55,609 nt of DNA from Arenicellales bacterium (GTDB lineage: Bacteria > Pseudomonadota > Gammaproteobacteria > Arenicellales > UBA868): the NCBI GenBank assembly GCA_965660775.1, contig CBFIBN010000001.1, forward strand, positions 1 to 55,609, given 5' to 3'. Of the stretch, positions 53,199 to 55,609 are shown piece by piece. The notes under the pieces are model-generated. The model ran no database searches and was not told the DNA's origin. It worked only from the letters and a program-made list of their open reading frames with translations. How positions within the stretch are numbered: position 1 is the stretch's first letter; each line of letters starts with the position of its first letter. A program made the translations under genes and the position numbers.

Positions 53199-54230
53199 AT
53201 GATGAATTTACAAGAAGCGATACGCGCTCTTTCACAAGGTCAGGATCTCACCAACGCCCAGATGGCTGATGTCATGCGCATTATTATGCAGGGTGATGCG
53301 ACCCCGGCACAGATTGGAGCCGTATTGACAGCGCTTCATATCAAGGGAGAGACGGTTGAAGAGCTGACAGGCGCTGCGACTGTCATGCGAGAATTTGCCG
53401 CCACTGTCACTGTTAAGGCGGATCGGGTTGCCGACACGGTGGGTACCGGCGGCGATGGTGCTGGCCTGTTCAATGTCTCGACCGCGGCAGCGTTGGTCGC
53501 TTGCGCCGCCGGGGCAACCATGGCCAAGCACGGCAACCGTGCGGCCACTGGAAATTCCGGCAGTGCTGATGTGCTTGAGACAGCAGGGGTTAATATTGCG
53601 CTCAGCCCTGAAGCCGTCGGCAAGACCATCGACGCGGTGGGCCTAGGTTTTATGTTTGCCCCTACCCATCACGGCGCGACACGCCATGCGATCGGTCCGC
53701 GCCGTGAGATCGGTATTCGTACTTTGTTTAACCTGCTCGGACCGTTGACCAACCCGGCCGGGGCCAGATGGCAACTGGTCGGTGTTTTTGATCAGGGCTG
53801 GGTTCACCCGCTGACCGAGGTGTTTGCCAACCTGGGTAGCGTGCATACGCTGGTCGTCTGCTCGGATGACGGGCTGGATGAGATAAGTATCGCTGCCGAC
53901 ACGAAGGTGAGCGAACTGCGTGATGGAAGCATTAAGGACTACGTGATCAAACCGGAAGAATTTGGGATTGCACGTCAATCGCTGGATGATCTGGTCGTGA
54001 CGGATTCGACCCAGAGCCTGGCTTTGATTCGCTCAGCGCTTACCGGGACCAACGGCAGTGCAGCCGACATGGTAGCTCTGAACGCAGGGGCAACCATATA
54101 CGCGGCTGACCTTGCCGATTCACTGCAAGACGGGGTAGCGCGTGCCCGTGAAATCCTCAAAAGCGGGGCAGGGTACGGCAAGTTAGAGGAACTTGTGGCC
54201 TACACCCAGAAGTTTTTGGTCGAGCCATAA
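53199..54230 (+). CDS. trpD: Anthranilate phosphoribosyltransferase
   Basis: DTVGTGGDG, FNVST, KHGNR, SGSADVLE, RTLFNLLGPLTNP and DGLDE. Confidence 0.95.
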   Translation: MMNLQEAIRALSQGQDLTNAQMADVMRIIMQGDATPAQIGAVLTALHIKGETVEELTGAATVMREFAATVTVKADRVADTVGTGGDGAGLFNVSTAAALVACAAGATMAKHGNRAATGNSGSADVLETAGVNIALSPEAVGKTIDAVGLGFMFAPTHHGATRHAIGPRREIGIRTLFNLLGPLTNPAGARWQLVGVFDQGWVHPLTEVFANLGSVHTLVVCSDDGLDEISIAADTKVSELRDGSIKDYVIKPEEFGIARQSLDDLVVTDSTQSLALIRSALTGTNGSAADMVALNAGATIYAADLADSLQDGVARAREILKSGAGYGKLEELVAYTQKFLVEP

Positions 54231-54243
54231 TAAGGAGCCAGAC

Positions 54244-54483
54244 ATGCAAATAATCTTTGTACAGGTCAAGTGCGATCTGGGGCGCTCGTATCAGGTCGCC
54301 CAGGCGCTTGTCGATGTGGAGGGCGTGTCGGAGGTTTATTCGATCTCCGGACCTTATGATCTGCTTGCCAAGTGTTATATCAGTGATGGCGAAGACGCTG
54401 GTCATTTTGTGAATCTGCGACTTCAAACCTTGGACGGTATTCGCGACACTCAGACGATCATCGCATTCAATGCATTCAGTTGA
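54244..54483 (+). CDS. Stand-alone Lrp/AsnC ligand-binding (RAM) domain protein
   Basis: 79 aa, no HTH; VSEVYSISGPYDLLAK and TQTIIAF; AAGGAG RBS. Confidence 0.85.
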   Translation: MQIIFVQVKCDLGRSYQVAQALVDVEGVSEVYSISGPYDLLAKCYISDGEDAGHFVNLRLQTLDGIRDTQTIIAFNAFS

Positions 54484-54583
54484 TCGCCCACCAGGCCAAG
54501 GATGGCAATAAAAAGGCCAGCAAAACCGGCCTTTCGTATTTTGGCAGAAGTCTTGTTACGGCGATGGCGCGATTGAGCCCGAA

Positions 54584-55348
54584 ATGAACACTCAGTCTCG
54601 GACTAAGCCGGCGGCATTACCCAGAATTCGCCTTGGCAACGGGTGCTCTGCAAGGAATCTTCCGCTGGCCCTGGCGGATCAGCATCGGGCACTTCCCGTC
54701 GGTCGGGTAGTCCGTGCAGTGCTTAAACCCCGCCCGACCCGCGGTTGGGATAGCCAGTTGGCCGTTGACCTTGCGATCGGTGCCGGATTCGCCTCAATAG
54801 GGCCGGTTCTTTATAGAAAGGAAGCCGCGTATCTGACGCTTGAACGGCTGTACAGTCTGTCCGATACTGTCGGTTCAGGCATGAAATTACTTGTTGTGGG
54901 TTTGAACCCGAGTCCGTATTCAGCAGACACAGGCATCGGTTATGCCCGACCGGGTAACCGGTTCTGGCCGGCGGCCCTTCAAGCCGGTATTGCAAGTATT
55001 GACCGGGATCCCCGACATGCTTTGCGTTACCATGGTTTAGGTATGACAGATCTGGTCCGCCGTACCACCCGCCGCGCAGACCAGGTGAGTACTAACGAAT
55101 ACCAGGCTGGTTTTGCGCGGGTCGCTCGGCTGGTGCAATGGCTGGCTCCCCGGGCAGTCTGCTTTGTTGGTTTGGGCGGCTGGCGAAACATAGTGGATGC
55201 CAAAGCTAAGGCGGGGATTCAAGCCAGCCAGGTTGGTTGTCGGCCGGTATACCTCATGCCTCATACCAGCGGGCTTAACGCGCACGCTCGTCTGGAGGAT
55301 TTAGCCCAGCACTTTGCCTGCGCAGCGTCGCTGGCGATGCGCTCGTAA
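54584..55348 (+). CDS. Mismatch-specific uracil-DNA glycosylase (Mug/TDG family) with N-terminal extension
   Basis: VGLNPS, ARPGNRFW, GMTDLV and PHTSGLNA. Start position uncertain. Confidence 0.85.
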   Translation: MNTQSRTKPAALPRIRLGNGCSARNLPLALADQHRALPVGRVVRAVLKPRPTRGWDSQLAVDLAIGAGFASIGPVLYRKEAAYLTLERLYSLSDTVGSGMKLLVVGLNPSPYSADTGIGYARPGNRFWPAALQAGIASIDRDPRHALRYHGLGMTDLVRRTTRRADQVSTNEYQAGFARVARLVQWLAPRAVCFVGLGGWRNIVDAKAKAGIQASQVGCRPVYLMPHTSGLNAHARLEDLAQHFACAASLAMRS

Positions 55349-55389
55349 TCCGAACAAGGCCTGCCGGGAAAACCCGTCGGACAAAAAAC

Positions 55390-55608
55390 GTGATCGGCAT
55401 TAAAGAGTACAAGGCCCGCCTTACGGTGACACTGCTAACGGCTGATGGAGAGCCGTTCGAGCGGGAGATCACGCTTATTGTGCCGGGCGAGAGCAAGCTA
55501 CAGGTTGAAGAACGTTTGCGCGGTATGCAGGCATCGGTGACATTAAAACAGGTAAATATCACTTCAGTGCATCATGTCGGCCGTGGTGGCATAAAGCATG
55601 ATGACTAA
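55390..55608 (+). CDS. Small hypothetical protein (72 aa)
   Basis: ORF co-oriented with the Mug gene, with alternating beta-strand-like patterns; no family recognised. Confidence 0.55.
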   Translation: MIGIKEYKARLTVTLLTADGEPFEREITLIVPGESKLQVEERLRGMQASVTLKQVNITSVHHVGRGGIKHDD

Positions 55609-55609
55609 G

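Overview
A gene-dense stretch of bacterial chromosome of moderate GC content, most likely from a Gammaproteobacterium. That assignment is an inference from the ffs-dnaX-ybaB-recR and smc-zipA-ligA gene orders, gamma-type gshA/dksA/dusA and a CTGT-N8-ACAG SOS box. It holds about 45 CDS and one SRP (4.5S) RNA; I saw no rRNA, tRNA, CRISPR array, transposase or phage genes. The core genes are interspersed with accessory metabolic genes. Most notable: (1) a SucCD-like ligase with many substitutions in normally invariant active-site loops, co-transcribed with a PIG3-type oxidoreductase, which is a candidate new acyl-CoA ligase/reductase module; (2) an unannotated, multi-stem candidate sRNA between convergent recR and pyrC; (3) a lone dnaE2 without imuA/imuB, under a 30-bp near-perfect palindromic LexA operator; (4) a two-subunit FDH1/Fdw-type formate dehydrogenase operon with folD; (5) an hbd / hydantoinase-A-only / unknown-protein operon; (6) a Mug glycosylase with an N-terminal extension. 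All calls come from reading motifs by eye; no database searches or folding computations were run.
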